A DNA stretch of 63,996 nucleotides, the filler included, from Phoronis australis (Eukaryota; Animalia; Phoronida), in NCBI GenBank assembly GCA_002633005.1. It is 10 parts of 10 records of this genome, joined end to end, with 100 filler letters (N's around TTAATTAATTAA, not from the genome) between each part and the next. Parts side by side here need not be neighbours in the genome. Positions count along the whole stretch, not along the records: positions 1 to 23,032 come from NMRA01000992.1; 9 more parts are not named here. One strand, written 5' to 3'. How positions within the stretch are numbered: the first letter of the stretch is position 1; each line of letters starts with the position of its first letter. Below the pieces are notes generated by a model, which was not told the DNA's origin, searched no databases, and was given only the letters and a program-made list of their open reading frames with translations. The position numbers were made by a program, and so were the translations under genes. Shown here piece after piece: positions 10,873 through 22,761 of this stretch.

Positions 10873-12433
10873 AGGAGAATGCTACCCGATTTAATGTCTT
10901 TTTTACTGTCTAAATCGGTCTACATGTATGTCCACATCGCCTCTTATATGGTTGACCTCACCTTGCCGATAGGTGCCGTGTTAACCTGTGAGGAAAGTGA
11001 GAAACGACGCAGCGACGTCAGTGGTTCGTCTGCAGAGTGAATGCTGCTATATTGCGACGCATCGTTCCCACTTGTCCGAACAGTGAAGCTGCGAAGAAAG
11101 CGGGTATATCATTTTTTTACTTCCTCGAGAGCCTGAAATGCTAAGGAATTGGCTCGCGGTAGTGAACAATGAAAGGTACGCTGTTAATAGCAAGTATGAG
11201 GCCATGAAATATGTCTCAGTCTGTGTTCGAACTGCCGACCTGTGAAACCTTCTGACCCATGAATTATGTCTTCGTCAGATGTGCTCTTGGCTGGTCGGGA
11301 TTTGCGCCGGGCGAGTTGCCATGTAGACGTTTATCATTCTACATTCTGTTTCAAAAGGAATTATTCTCATCCTAACCAATGCTTATATGAAACTGAAACA
11401 AAGTCTGTCTCATTAGATATAATATGTAATGCCTTTGCAGTATTCATGAGTGCAAATATTGAGAAGTCAGAATAAACCACTGCGTTACCGACTTTTGATG
11501 CCGGCAACAAAGGTAATTGACTGGGCAACGAGGCTGTGTGAGTGCATGCTAATTCAGTGTTTGCTGACAGAAAGCTGTTGTGAAACAACTACTCGATTTT
11601 ATATGCTATGGTCACATGTTAGGGGAATCTTTATTTAGTAATACAAGTACATTATTCAAATCATTGTTACTGTACAACCTTTGCACTGACGGTCTGTGGA
11701 GGGGAACCCGACTTCGCGGCCCTCGACAAGTAAGTAGATTTACAGTTTTGTGGCCTATTCACATATTAAGTAATTAAGTGCACATTATTTCTTTGGCTCA
11801 CTATTATGGTCTTTTCGTGACTGGCGGTTTAGTTTCCACCTCAAGCTGGTTTATGTTCGTGTCAGTACCGGCGGCTGCGACGGGCCTGATCGGGTTCCGA
11901 GCCACTGGCCGGGATAACGAGTCAGTCCAGCCGCGATGGGCCTGATCGGGTTCCGAACCACTGGCCAGGATAACGAGCGTTTTGTGTGTTTAGAACTAAA
12001 AAAATCACAGATCTATGCTCTCCTGTCTGTATTTCACGGAAGAATACTTGCACCCCAAACTCCTGTTACGGACCTTGGTAAATTGGCCTGCAGAACTTTG
12101 TAGGCTACGGTGTGTCCAAATACCAATAAATCCGTAACAGCTAAATTAAACAACACGTTTTTATAATAACTCGGTGTATATTTAAGGGCTTTACATCGAA
12201 GTTTGATGATTTATTGGTGATAAACGATGAATTCAAGCGATAAGGTGACACCAGTAACCCGTGCTGTGAACTGCTGAACAGACTGCGTGTGAAACCAATG
12301 ACGTCATTGGATAATTTGAACACGTTCGTCTGCCGTCAGGTGTCAAGTAAGGCAACTGAACGTGCCGTTATCGACTAGAACTACTCAATCTAAATTGATA
12401 CAAAATAGGTTGTTTTTTGGGTGGCATTCTCCT
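10873..12433 (+). mobile_element. Non-autonomous Kolobok-type DNA transposon
   Basis: TTAA on both sides (10869-10872, 12434-12437) and TIR AGGAGAATGCYACCC. A full-length diverged copy lies inverted at 47108-48719. Confidence 0.85.
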
Positions 12434-13234
12434 TTAAGGCAATTACATCGCCATGGGTGCCGCAGGCATACAAGGGCGGTAGTACACCCCCACAAAAAGT
12501 TACGAATTTCAAAATACAGGAAATAAAATCAATTGAAACATGCATATATGCACATGGAGTTATAATTTACACATACCATAAGCCTGGAGATGATTCAGTC
12601 AAGATAATTTAAACAAATCGATGAAAAACTGTTACGGTTTGCTCGAGTTTCTCTTACTGGGTGACATTTTGAGGAAGCTACATGAAATCACGCATGTTGA
12701 CAAATAAAAAGTTTAAGGGACACAAATCTTACAAATTTCACCTGATACCTTCCCATGCTATTTTGCAAGTGTCACGTGCCAGCATCACGCGCTTCGCTCA
12801 GTCTCGCGCTAGCTTTTGCCTAACTCATGTGACTCAGTTTAAATACTTTGTGGTTATCGCGCACGTGGTGAAAAAGTTAACGGTGACCAAAAAGTGGAGT
12901 TGGAATTCTTTGCCAAAATCACTTTCGTTCTTGTAACTATAAGCTGCATCGAAGATATGTGCACAAGTAGAAAGTCCGACCACCGAAGAAAGTAAGCGCT
13001 TTTTTAGTGATAGTTTTAAGTGCGAAATGTATTTTTGATGAAGTGAAAACTCCTAATCGGTGGTCGGATTTGGCCTACTGCTCGTTTAAAATATAACACA
13101 AGACGAAATTCGTATAGAAAGCGATGGCAAGTATTGTAGCCCCTAACCGGTCAATGGAGGGGCTATATGTTGCCTACATGATCGCCGGTTCTCCAAATCG
13201 GACAGTAGCACCATGAACAGGACGTACAGGGATC

Positions 13235-13406
13235 AAACTTTTTTTCTTTGAGCAGTCCTTCGTTCAGTTCTCATGATTGAAAACTGGCCATTTTTATTAC
13301 TGCGCATGGCAGGTGGTATGATGTCATATCCCTGGCATGCACAGTGTAAAACTGACCAGTTTCTGATTTTGAGAACTGAACGAAGGACTGCTCGAAGACA
13401 AAGTTT
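13235..13406. mobile_element. ~170-bp palindromic MITE-like foldback
   Basis: Arms GAGCAGTCCTTCGTTCAGTTCTCA and TGAGAACTGAACGAAGGACTGCTC are exact reverse complements, and pairing continues inward (ACTGCGCATG / CATGCACAGT). Confidence 0.75.
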
Positions 13407-13821
13407 AATAACGGGCATATTAGTTCGAGTTAGGAGGAATTTAAGACATCTAGAGCCTCCTAAGGTGTCCCTCAATGCGCAAAAGGTATTTATAACAGCC
13501 GTCATGGCTTTGGTGATGGTTTAGTCGGTGTGAGGCATAATACATGTAAAGTTTCTGGTGTATGAAGTGCCTATAGGAGCCTTCTCTACTGAGCCAGCTG
13601 GAGACAGTGGTCACTGTGGTCACTGTCTACGTTTTTTGTTGACACGACAGGTTGGAGCAAATTTATACTCATCCTTTGTTTTACTGCAATAAATGTTCTG
13701 CTTCTGTTGCTGCCTTATCTTTCTGCCTCAACTGAACCTTCCTTAGAGCATCTAGATAATTTCTGTTTTACTGCGGAGATCATCGCTAACATTTGTACTT
13801 ATATAATCTTTGTCTCAACAG

Positions 13822-13928
13822 GGCAAACAGTCGGCTGTTAGTGTATTGTATGAAGAGGCTGCGTGTGCACTTGACTAGACCAGTGACATCCTTGGCAACA
13901 GAAAGTAAAATTCTAACATTAGATCAAG
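13822..13928 (+). CDS. ACOT9: Acyl-CoA thioesterase 9 exon 2 (targeting-peptide-like)
   Basis: CAG/GT boundaries, reading ANSRLLVYCMKRLRVHLTRPVTSLATESKILTLDQ. Phase 1 joins 15438 to give DQVRRNL. An alternative ATG sits at 13850. Confidence 0.75.
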
Positions 13929-15437
13929 GTTGGTGTTTGTTGACATCCTATCTCTTCATTTCACACAAGACTACCGTGCTTATGATACCATTTCCTTTAC
14001 TGTAACAACAAAATCTTGAAAATTTCGAGAACATTTTTGCCAACATTGGCCCGGCCAAGTTGTGTTCCATTATTCCACAACTGTAAATATACAATATACA
14101 ACTCCTTAACACCCTGTGGGACCATGATGGCCACTTTTACTTGACCCAGTTTCAAATTGTAAACAATATGAGCTAAGTTGACAAAGACGTATTACCATTA
14201 TTTCTTTTATGTGTGGACATTTTGGGATGTTTGACTTTTGGCTTGAATTGTTGAACATTACATCATGACCTCTGAAACTTCCCATTTAGTGTAATACTGA
14301 TGAACCTGGTCATAAAATATCACAAGGCAAGAAGTGTCAGTGCAGATTGTGTAATAAAAAGATATCCCTCAGTTGTATCACTAGGAATTAATTCTCACTG
14401 CCTTAAATCTTCACGCAAGTGAACTGTAGGTGGTGCTGAATTGTTTGCATTGTAGCTATCAGAAGTCTGGAGATAAAGCGTATCGGAAAATGGCTATTGA
14501 TGCTTAGTTACTTTTATGAAAAAAACAAAAAAATAACTTTCATATATTTTGATGCTCTTTTCATGTCCTAAACTATTTTTTGTAATATTCAAAGCTCTCA
14601 TTCATTTTCAGTGTGACGGGAACGCTGTCTATTGGTTGAGTCAGGAGATAAGCAGGTCTCACTTTTGCAAAGAACTGTTCTGATCTATTGTATAGGGCTT
14701 GCCTATTATCTAAATCCCATATTTTACACTTCTGGTGACAAAATTTCATTTTACATTTCTATTGACTTTTGCGTTAAACTTTAGACTCCTAAATAAGCGC
14801 ACACTCTTAGTGCACAATTGTGTGTGTAAAACTAGGCCTTTCGGCTCTTGGGCAGTGAATTCAGATCCATTTGATCTACAGTTTCTATCTGATAAGAATG
14901 TCGACAGCTTTCAAGATTAACTTTAAGTAATTTATAAACCTTTGGCTTTGGAGTCTTGAGTAATTTTAGTCGATCTTAACATTGTGGATGATGATGATGG
15001 AAACAGAGGATATCTTAAAAGTTTATAGTTTTGTATTTTATATTTAGTGTTAAATAATCTGTCATGTATCTACTCTATCTCAGTCTGTTGTTTCTCTCTT
15101 TGTAATATGTCACTACAGTTTTTTCTAGCAGATGAGTGCTGGACGCTTCACCAAATCCTGTGACATGAGCACACTACTCATATTTACTGTAAAGTGCTGA
15201 GCTATCATGCAATTGGCTGATTGTCATCATGTTTTTTCTCTTGAGGCTTATTCATGCAGCATATTGTACAAAGCAAACATTTGGGTCTTGTTTGGTGTGA
15301 TTGAAAAATTAAATTTCAAGTGAATTGTTTTCATGACTTATACCACACTTGTTATATTTAAAGTTTCTGAGTCCCATCTGGCTTTTCACTTAAATTTATT
15401 TGCTCGAAGATTTTTTCAAACTATTTCTTCTTTAAAG

Positions 15438-15680
15438 TGAGAAGAAACTTAGAACATCATGTCGGAGCACAGAAGCTGTGGTATGGTGAGATGGAGACAT
15501 GTAAGCTAACTTTCAACCTGCCAACTGATCAGAGTTGTCTACCTGCAAGACATATGAAAGATAGCTATACAGAGGCAGTGATCCCATTGGGCAGTGATGT
15601 CAACTTGAGGGAACGATACATAAATCACCATCAGAATGTGCGCTTTGGCAAAATATTGGAAAATTTGGATACGATGGCAG
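15438..15680 (+). CDS. ACOT9: Acyl-CoA thioesterase 9 exon 3
   Basis: VRRNLEHHVGA...LPARHMKDSYTEAVIPLGSDVNLRERYINHHQNVRFGKILENLDTMA matches recalled ACOT9 RMKDSY...VRFGRILEDLD. AG/GT boundaries. Confidence 0.95.
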
Positions 15681-15693
15681 GTGATGTTTATTA

Positions 15694-16261
15694 GGGCTGT
15701 TCCAGTAAAATCTGTATGGGAGGGGGGAAGGCACCTTTTTTTCGCACCCACCACCCATATTTTTCATTTATTTCTTCAGCCTACCACCCCTAATTTTTTA
15801 TAAGTTTGAAATGCAATCACCTGTAATTTTTTTGTTATTGAGGTTGACTGCACAGGCGCTTGAGTTTATCTGTTCCTCCATCACCACTAACGTCATTCAT
15901 TACTAAGAAAACATATGTTTCATATATATGGTTATTAGCCATCGAGAAATTCGAGCACCTGTGGTTAAATGGTGTTATGGGCATGCTGATGAGGAGATCG
16001 GAGGGAGTGAAAAAGTCGGAGCTCTTTGCAAGTTGCATTTTTGTTTCAGTTTTTGATTCTGTGCGGATTGTTTATAAAATTTACTAAAATTACCCACCAT
16101 CAAACATTTATGGCCCAATGAAACAACAACAACCTGTAAATTTTAATTTTTTTGAAGTACGACCACCAGCCATTTTGAATTTAAGTCAAACGCAACCACC
16201 CATAAATTTTTATTTCAGTTGCCTTCCCCCCGCTCCCACACAGTTTTTGCTGGAACAGCTC
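15694..16261. mobile_element. PIF/Harbinger-type MITE (568 bp)
   Basis: ~40-bp TIR GGGCTGTTCCAGTAAAATCTGT...GAAGGCA versus TGCCTTC...ACAGTTTTTGCTGGAACAGCTC, with TTA on both sides (3-bp TSD). Confidence 0.85.
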
Positions 16262-16705
16262 TTAGTTTAAAGTGCTTGAATTTGTATACTATGCTACACA
16301 TATGGTAAAATGTCACCAATTTGGGACAAAAATAAAAAAATTACCGTTTTTCATTTTCACGAATCTCATGTAGTGCTAACGGGGTCAAACTTGTAACTGG
16401 TAACCAAGTTAGCAATGTTGAATCATCTCTTTGAACCAATCAGTGACCTCTATTTGGTCTAGAAGCACCAATTCAAAGGTTCCGCTGCTAAACATGAACA
16501 AAGCAATTTACACAGACTGTATTGCATGGGGCTTTAAGATGAACTGTGATAGAAGAACATTCACAAAGTTACATAGATGAATCTCTGCGCATGAAATAAC
16601 CTGTCAATTCAAGGCCACTTATCAAACCTAGATACTAACTGTCATTTCAGAAAGCTGTGTTGAATTCAATGTTGTGTGCATAATACCTGTAGACCTTTCT
16701 TTTAG

Positions 16706-16798
16706 TTGCCATTAGTTACAAGCACAATTTGGACCCAAGCAAAGGTGACGACCAGACATCTCCTCTGTGTATTGTCACGGCGTTAGTAGACAGAATAG
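16706..16798 (+). CDS. ACOT9: Acyl-CoA thioesterase 9 exon 4
   Basis: VAISYKHNLDPSKGDDQTSPLCIVTALVDRI (cf. SPLSIVTALVDKI). TAG acceptor, GTGAGT donor. Confidence 0.95.
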
Positions 16799-17089
16799 GT
16801 GAGTGATCAAATTTTGTTGTCAACGTAGAACAATGCAGTTATTGTGTCATGTGCCGTGTAAAACTCTAGAGACCCAAGGAGCAGCATAACTGTCTTGTGA
16901 ATAACTGGTCTGGTTGTCAATGATGCATGAAATTTGTTGAAGCACCTGCCAGAGCTTCACCAGATGTTAGTTTATTGATGGTTAGATGTAGTCATGGTAA
17001 GCATGTCTGGAATGCAAAGAGTACAAGAGACCAAATCACTTCAGTGTATTTGGTTGATATTACTAATCACATGTAATCTTTGTCGCTAG

Positions 17090-17267
17090 ATTTAACGGAA
17101 CATTTCGTGCTGCCTGACTGCGATATAAGACTGAAGGGCTTTGTTAGCTGGGTTGGCAAGTCATCCATTGAAGTTAGCATGTTCATGGAACAGTTGAGGG
17201 ATAACAGCTGGAAACAATTGCTCGATGCAAGATTTGTCATGGTCGCTCGGGGACCGAAGAGTACAGC
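17090..17267 (+). CDS. ACOT9: Acyl-CoA thioesterase 9 exon 5
   Basis: DLTEHFVLPDCDIRLKGFVSWVGKSSIEV...LDARFVMVARGPKST, the hotdog-fold motif VSWVGKSS. Confidence 0.95.
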
Positions 17268-17527
17268 GTTAGTTTCCATTGGTTTTACACAATTGCAAAT
17301 GTGATGATACAATTGTGCACTTAAAAGTGCATGTATTTGCTCAGACGTGCTTGGTATACTCAAAACAAAGTATTGCAATTCACCAAATGTTATCAAGTGA
17401 ATATTTGTCTTCAGCAGTGCCACGTTCAATCTGTACAATTTATGTCTAGAATGATAATTATGATCAGAATTTTTGATCAACATCAGAATGGCTGCTAGTC
17501 AGTAATACAATGTTGTTATGTTCACAG

Positions 17528-17592
17528 TGCTGTTGTGAATCCTCTTATACCTGATGGAGCAGAGGAAGAAGAAATCTTTAGGAAAGGAGAGG
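17528..17592 (+). CDS. ACOT9: Acyl-CoA thioesterase 9 exon 6
   Basis: AVVNPLIPDGAEEEEIFRKGE (cf. AFVNPLIPESPEEEELFRQGE). Phases are consistent. Confidence 0.93.
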
Positions 17593-18034
17593 GTATTATA
17601 CATTCTACACTTTTTGGCAGAAGAAATGATAAAAATGTTTAGAACATCTGGTTCAAGTCGGTTTTCAGTTATTAATCTTGTTGTAAACCTCATTTTATTT
17701 CATTTCATTTCATTTGTCATTGTTATGTACTCGCTGGCTTCAATCAGCATATTTATTTGAAAAATGTAGAAAATTTTATGCAGTTTTTGACGATAATGAA
17801 TAGTAAAATATGCGTTTATTCAAGGTTACAAATTATAACAATCTCTAAGCTTACACTGTGTTAACTGTTGTTCATTTTGCCAATTCATGTTACATTGGTC
17901 TGCTCAGTGCTCAATGTACAACTGTTATAAACCATCAAAATATTCATGATAAAAGGCTTGATACTGCTGAGCAGTCTTGTGTGTTTATGTCACATTCAAC
18001 TATCTATTTTCATTCTTATATTTTTTTTGTCCAG

Positions 18035-18146
18035 GAAACAAACTGTTACGGCAAGAACAAGGAAGACATTCGTTAATAAAGATGGCGCCCAACAACGAAG
18101 AACGCCTCCTAATTCATCAACTGTTTCTCTCAACTATTGATGAATA
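18035..18146 (+). CDS. ACOT9: Acyl-CoA thioesterase 9 exon 7
   Basis: GNKLLRQEQGRHSLIKMAPNNEERLLIHQLFLSTIDE (cf. SLLKMAPSAEERTTIHEMFLST). Donor GTAGGT. Confidence 0.93.
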
Positions 18147-18282
18147 GTAGGTCTCACTCTGCCGAAGTTTTAACTTAGTTTTAACTTACTTAGACCTCCA
18201 ACTTTGATAATTTTTTGACATGTGCTTTCTTGGCGTGTTGAGAATCAGTACATTGTTATTGCTTGAGAGCAGGTTCAATAAT

Positions 18283-18421
18283 TTAGCTTTGGCTTGATGG
18301 TTTATTTGGCTTGGCCTAATGTTTCATTTGTCATTTAGCTTGATGGTTCATTTGGCTTGGCCTGATGCTTCATTTGTCATTTAGCCTGATGGCTCATTTG
18401 GCTTGGCCTGATGCTTCATTT
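18283..18421. repeat. ~45-bp tandem repeat x3
   Basis: Repeating TGATGG.TCATTTGGCTTGGCCT.ATG.TTCATTTGTCATTTAGC units. Confidence 0.85.
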
Positions 18422-18457
18422 CATGCACTGAACATGCTCTCAAGCACTCAGTAACAA

Positions 18458-20459
18458 TTTTTATGCACCCACATATTTATATGTGGACCCATTATGCCGT
18501 CATCTTCGTCCGTCTGTTCGTCTGTCCGGGCGGCGTCCGGCGTCCACTGCTTTATCTCCAAAACCCTTTGACATACGTTCATGAAATTTGGCACCTATGT
18601 TCCATTCATGAATGGGACAGCATGTGCGAACTTTCGGACGGATCCGACTACCGGTGTGCCCCCTAGTGGCAATTTTAGTTTTTACGCTTACCTTTGTATC
18701 TTCAAAAGTCCTGAACGGATTTTCATGAAATTTGGTATGTAGGCACCTATTAGTGAGATGACGCTATCCTCCCGTTTTCAGATGGATTCGACATAGTTTG
18801 CGCCACCTAGTGGCCATTTTTACTGTTTTCGAGTCTGTATTTTTGCGTCCTCCCCTCTATCAACCAACAGGGCTTGGAATTTTCCGCGGAAACGCGGATT
18901 TCCGCTTTTTTCAAATGTTCTTTCCGTGCATTTTATAATATTTCCGCGTAAAAAAATCGGATTTGATATAAAATTTCCGCGGCAAATTCTTTTCTTACCG
19001 CGGCATTGCAGACGACGTTCACCTCGAAAAGCGGATATTGCTCTTTATGTTTCGGAGGAACGTAAATTGTCAACATTGCCGGAGCATCTGGGATAGCGTG
19101 GTGGGAATTTCAATGGCGTCTCGTGTTACTGAAAACCGCGACGACAAATACTACGGCTCTGCAGCCAAAAGTGTGTGGATTGCGAGTCGACGGGCGACCT
19201 AAAAGGACGCAGACGCATGCTACTGATGGTGGTAACGTTTTTTTTTTTAGTCCTGATTTTTGTCGGGACATTGACCATTTCAAGGCTGGGTAGCGCGCAT
19301 GATTTGGGCCGTAAAAATTTCCGCTTTTTTTGTCATTGGTCATTCCGAGCCCTGAACCAAACCGCTCAAAGGATGATTGTGAAAATTGGCATGTATGTGC
19401 TCACTATAAAGAGGACAGCTGACAATGATTTTCAGACGATTTGGAATACTGCTGCGCCTCCTAGTGGCAGTTTTGTTTTTTTGCGCCTATGGCTGTATCT
19501 CCTAAACCGTTCGCAGGATCTTTACGAAATTTAATAAGTGTATTTATATTATGTTAACAACAGACGATGACGACTTTTGGATGGATCTGCCTGCCAGTGT
19601 GCCCCCTAGTGGTAATTTTATTTTTTTACGTTTACCTCTGTATCTTCACAAGTTCTTAACGGATTTTCATGAAATTTGGTGTGTAGGCACCTATTAGTGC
19701 GATGACCCTATCCTCCCATTTTCGGATGGATTCGACGTAGTTTGCGACACCCAGTGGCCATTTTTATTGTTTTTGAGTCTGTTTTTTGGCGTCCACCCCT
19801 CTATCAACCAAACCGCTATAAGTATGATTGTGAAAATTGGCATGTATGTTCTTACTATGAAGAGGACGGTTGACACTGAATTTCCCATGACTTTGATTAC
19901 TGTGACGCCTCCTAGTGGCAGTTTTTTTTTTGCGCCCATGGCTGTATCTCCCAAACCGTTTGCAGGATCTTTTACTAAATTTAGCAAGTGTATTGATGTG
20001 ATGTTGACAACGGACGATGACGACTTTAGGATGATTCTGACTACCGGTATGCCTCTAGTGGCAATTTTAGTATTTTACATTGACCTCTGTATTTTCATAG
20101 GTCTTCAGGTGTATACTTTGTGTTACTCCGTGACTATGAAGGAAAAGTTCCAAGTAGAAATTTGTTTCTGGCATTCTAATGCTGTGCTAATCTCGTATGT
20201 TGGTAAATTTGTTTTTAATTCTATTTTCTGTGGTGCTTTAAATAACTGATGTATAGGATGTCCTTGTATTATGAAGATCACTCACATTTTGCCCCTAGCC
20301 TATTGAGGAGACAATGACCATGCCTTTCCATTTTGCAAAGTACAACATACTACATATATGCCCTCTACTGGCCACTTTATGGTACCAATAAACAACCCTA
20401 GAAGGATACCGTTTACGGTGCAATTGTGGGCGCATTTCAACGCTCTGCGTTGCTCTTGT
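18458..20459 (+). mobile_element. Helentron-associated non-autonomous element (DINE-1/HINE-like) with internal tandem repeats
   Basis: T-rich 5' end, subterminal IR ATGCACCCACA / TGTGGGCGCAT, 5' hairpin CCACATAT-TT-ATATGTGG and a GTCC/GTCT microsatellite. Internal CCTAGTGGC / TGAAA(A/T)TTGG repeats and a 3' stem-loop CAACGC-TCT-GCGTTG followed by CTCTTGT. Confidence 0.78.
18868..19354. mobile_element. hAT-like MITE (487 bp) with 6-bp TSD, nested in the Helentron-type element
   Basis: TIR CAGGGCTTGGAAT / ATTCCGAGCCCTG, flanked on both sides by AACCAA. Confidence 0.85.
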
Positions 20460-20597
20460 GTTCTTTTTTGGCAGAAGGCAAGTTAGTGTTAGCTTTAATG
20501 CATCAAGTAGTCAACAGGAGTGTTTCGTACTTAGTCTAGTGATTGAATGGTCAGAAGGAAATGATAAAGCTGTATCTTTACAAATTTCTTGTTTCAG

Positions 20598-20688
20598 CTC
20601 CGGCTCATTTAAAGCTCGTGTGAAACCAGAGGGCAGTGTGTGGATGGAAGATACAATACTCAAAAATGTTATAATTTGTTTTCCTCAG
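20598..20688 (+). CDS. ACOT9: Acyl-CoA thioesterase 9 exon 8
   Basis: (Y)SGSFKARVKPEGSVWMEDTILKNVIICFPQ. CAG acceptor, GTAAGC donor. Confidence 0.95.
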
Positions 20689-21125
20689 GTAAGCAGTGTC
20701 AGTAATCTAAAAACTCTTCAGTGTACATGTGCTAGTATTTGGCACCAAGAATCCATTGTATGATTGGGTAATTGCCAAATCCCAAATTCATCAGTAACAA
20801 GTTAATATTTCTTTCTGTTGCACTTTGCTGGAGCCAAGATGCAGTACACATTAAATACAGTCAAAGAAAACACTGTTTCTCTTTCATGAAGGGTGATTAC
20901 CCATCTTGACCTGTCATTCTAGCCACTTTGGTGGTAAAGTCTTGCTTTACCCATCATGGTGGTGAATTTCACTTTTCCTTAGCTATCAAATGGGGCATTG
21001 TGGGTAATTTCCTCTGATTATTTCTGACATGTAGTTATCATGTTTATTTTGTTGTGTATAACTTGTCTTAACAGCCAGTTTATGATACAGACGTGTTATA
21101 ACTTGTACTTTAAACTTGTTAACAG

Positions 21126-21211
21126 GAGAGGAATCTCTACAATAAGATATTCGGTGGATTTTTGATGAGAAAAGCTTTTGAGCTAGGCTGGGCTAATGCA
21201 ATGGTCTTTAG
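21126..21211 (+). CDS. ACOT9: Acyl-CoA thioesterase 9 exon 9
   Basis: ERNLYNKIFGGFLMRKAFELGWANAMVF, the second hotdog-domain motif IFGGFLMRKA. Confidence 0.97.
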
Positions 21212-21899
21212 GTAAGCGTTGGTGCAGTGTTGGGCATTGTCTTGAGTGAGTTTTGCTCACTGTCTTGGTCCTGCTTAGTTGGTCACTGTCTTGGTCCCAC
21301 TTACAAAACAAGTTGAAGGTAAATTCCCATATATCCGGTGATCAGTGTTATGTAACCAAATTTGCATTCTCAGACAAATCCGCCATTTAATGTCCTGTGA
21401 GGACAAAATTATAAGCATGTTGACATAAGCAAAATGGCTGTGAATAAGTGGCAAATGGTACAGCTCATTCCACCTAAGAGGGACAACAGTGGATTGGTTC
21501 AATATTGATACATGTATAATGGCAGGCGGTCTGGTACATGTTGCACCAGACGTGCGCAGGCCTCTCAGGCGGCCAGTTGCACTAATCACTTGGAAACATT
21601 TTTCACGCTTTATTAATATATAGTTAAAATCGAGTTGAGGAGGTTCAGACCTGACTCAAGGGTCTAGCAGTGTTCCGCGTTGGCACTTGCACAGAGTGCT
21701 TTTGTAGTATGAAACTAAGCCAACATAGCAAGCTACGTAATGGCCGTCTGAAGCAATAATAAGCTCTTGTCAAGCCTGGAGTTCATTTTATAATTGTAAG
21801 GAACAAGATGAGACTAATGTTATAATCAGTAGGTGGCCTTTAAGAGTATCCCACTTCATTGGCAACAATCGTAATGTGAACCGCGTTGTCTCATTTCAG

Positions 21900-21987
21900 C
21901 AAATCTCGTCCATTCTGTGTTGCTGTTGATGACATTCTCTTTAGGAAGTCTGTTGATGTTGGTTCTCTTCTTTATCTATCATCGCAG
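21900..21987 (+). CDS. ACOT9: Acyl-CoA thioesterase 9 exon 10
   Basis: (S)KSRPFCVAVDDILFRKSVDVGSLLYLSSQ (cf. SRPFVVAVDDIMFQKPVEVGSLLFLSSQ). Confidence 0.97.
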
Positions 21988-22368
21988 GTAAAATACCTGA
22001 ATACCTGACTTTATTGGTCCACTAGGTAGTCATTAACCTGTTATGGTACATCTATTCTGCACAACAATTGCTAAAACTATCAATTTCCATTTTTCAAATT
22101 CTGATTCCATTTCTGTAAATAATGCTTCACCAGGTAATGTTTCATGACATCTACACAGTACATACAAAGCTAATGAAAAAATAAAGATTTCTTTTTAAAC
22201 CATTTTTGTGGAAAAATCTGACAAAATAAAATTTCATGTGTCCTCCAGTGCAAACCACACTGTAGTTGATGTTAAACAAGGGTGAGAGTTTGTTAGTTAA
22301 CCTTGAAACAGTGTTAAACTCACCTGTCTAACCCTGGGGTTTCTTCAGATTGTCACTTTTCTCTTCAG

Positions 22369-22522
22369 GTGGTGTATACAGATGGGTGCAATATGCAGGT
22401 GAAAGTCTACGCAGAGGTTGTCCAACCCGCGACAGGTTTGCACGAGATGACCAACATATTTCACTTTACGTTCACGACTCGCGACGTTCCTGTATCAAAA
22501 GTCATCCCTAAATCATATGCAG
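22369..22522 (+). CDS. ACOT9: Acyl-CoA thioesterase 9 exon 11 (final exon not in this piece)
   Basis: VVYTDGCNMQVKVYAEVVQPATGLHEMTNIFHFTFTTRDVPVSKVIPKSYA then a donor. The expected last exon (ESMLYLDG-like) was not found before the linker at 23033. Confidence 0.95.
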
Positions 22523-22761
22523 GTACAATTATGTCTGCAATTACATCATTAGGGTCAGTCTGAAGATCTTTAAGTTTTCACAAACTTGACATTTTTTATT
22601 TTTTGTTTACATTTGGTGGGCAATGTTTGTGCAGATCATTTCACAGTTAGTAACTAACTAACATGCTGCAAGGTAGTTATCTCTCACAATTTTTTATTTT
22701 GAAAGTTAAACAGAAATGAAAGTATGGATGTTCTTGCTTAGCTAGGGCGTGGTGGTGCCTG

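Noticed and set aside
13475-13485. Alternative ACOT9 first exon ATG CGC AAA AG|GTATTT
   Set aside because: Phase-compatible, but it has a weak donor and no promoter-like context. 5540-5559 is preferred, though this one is not excluded.
19110-20249. 100-160 aa ORFs inside ACOT9 intron 7
   Set aside because: They lie in tandem repeats of the Helentron-type element and have no domain motifs.
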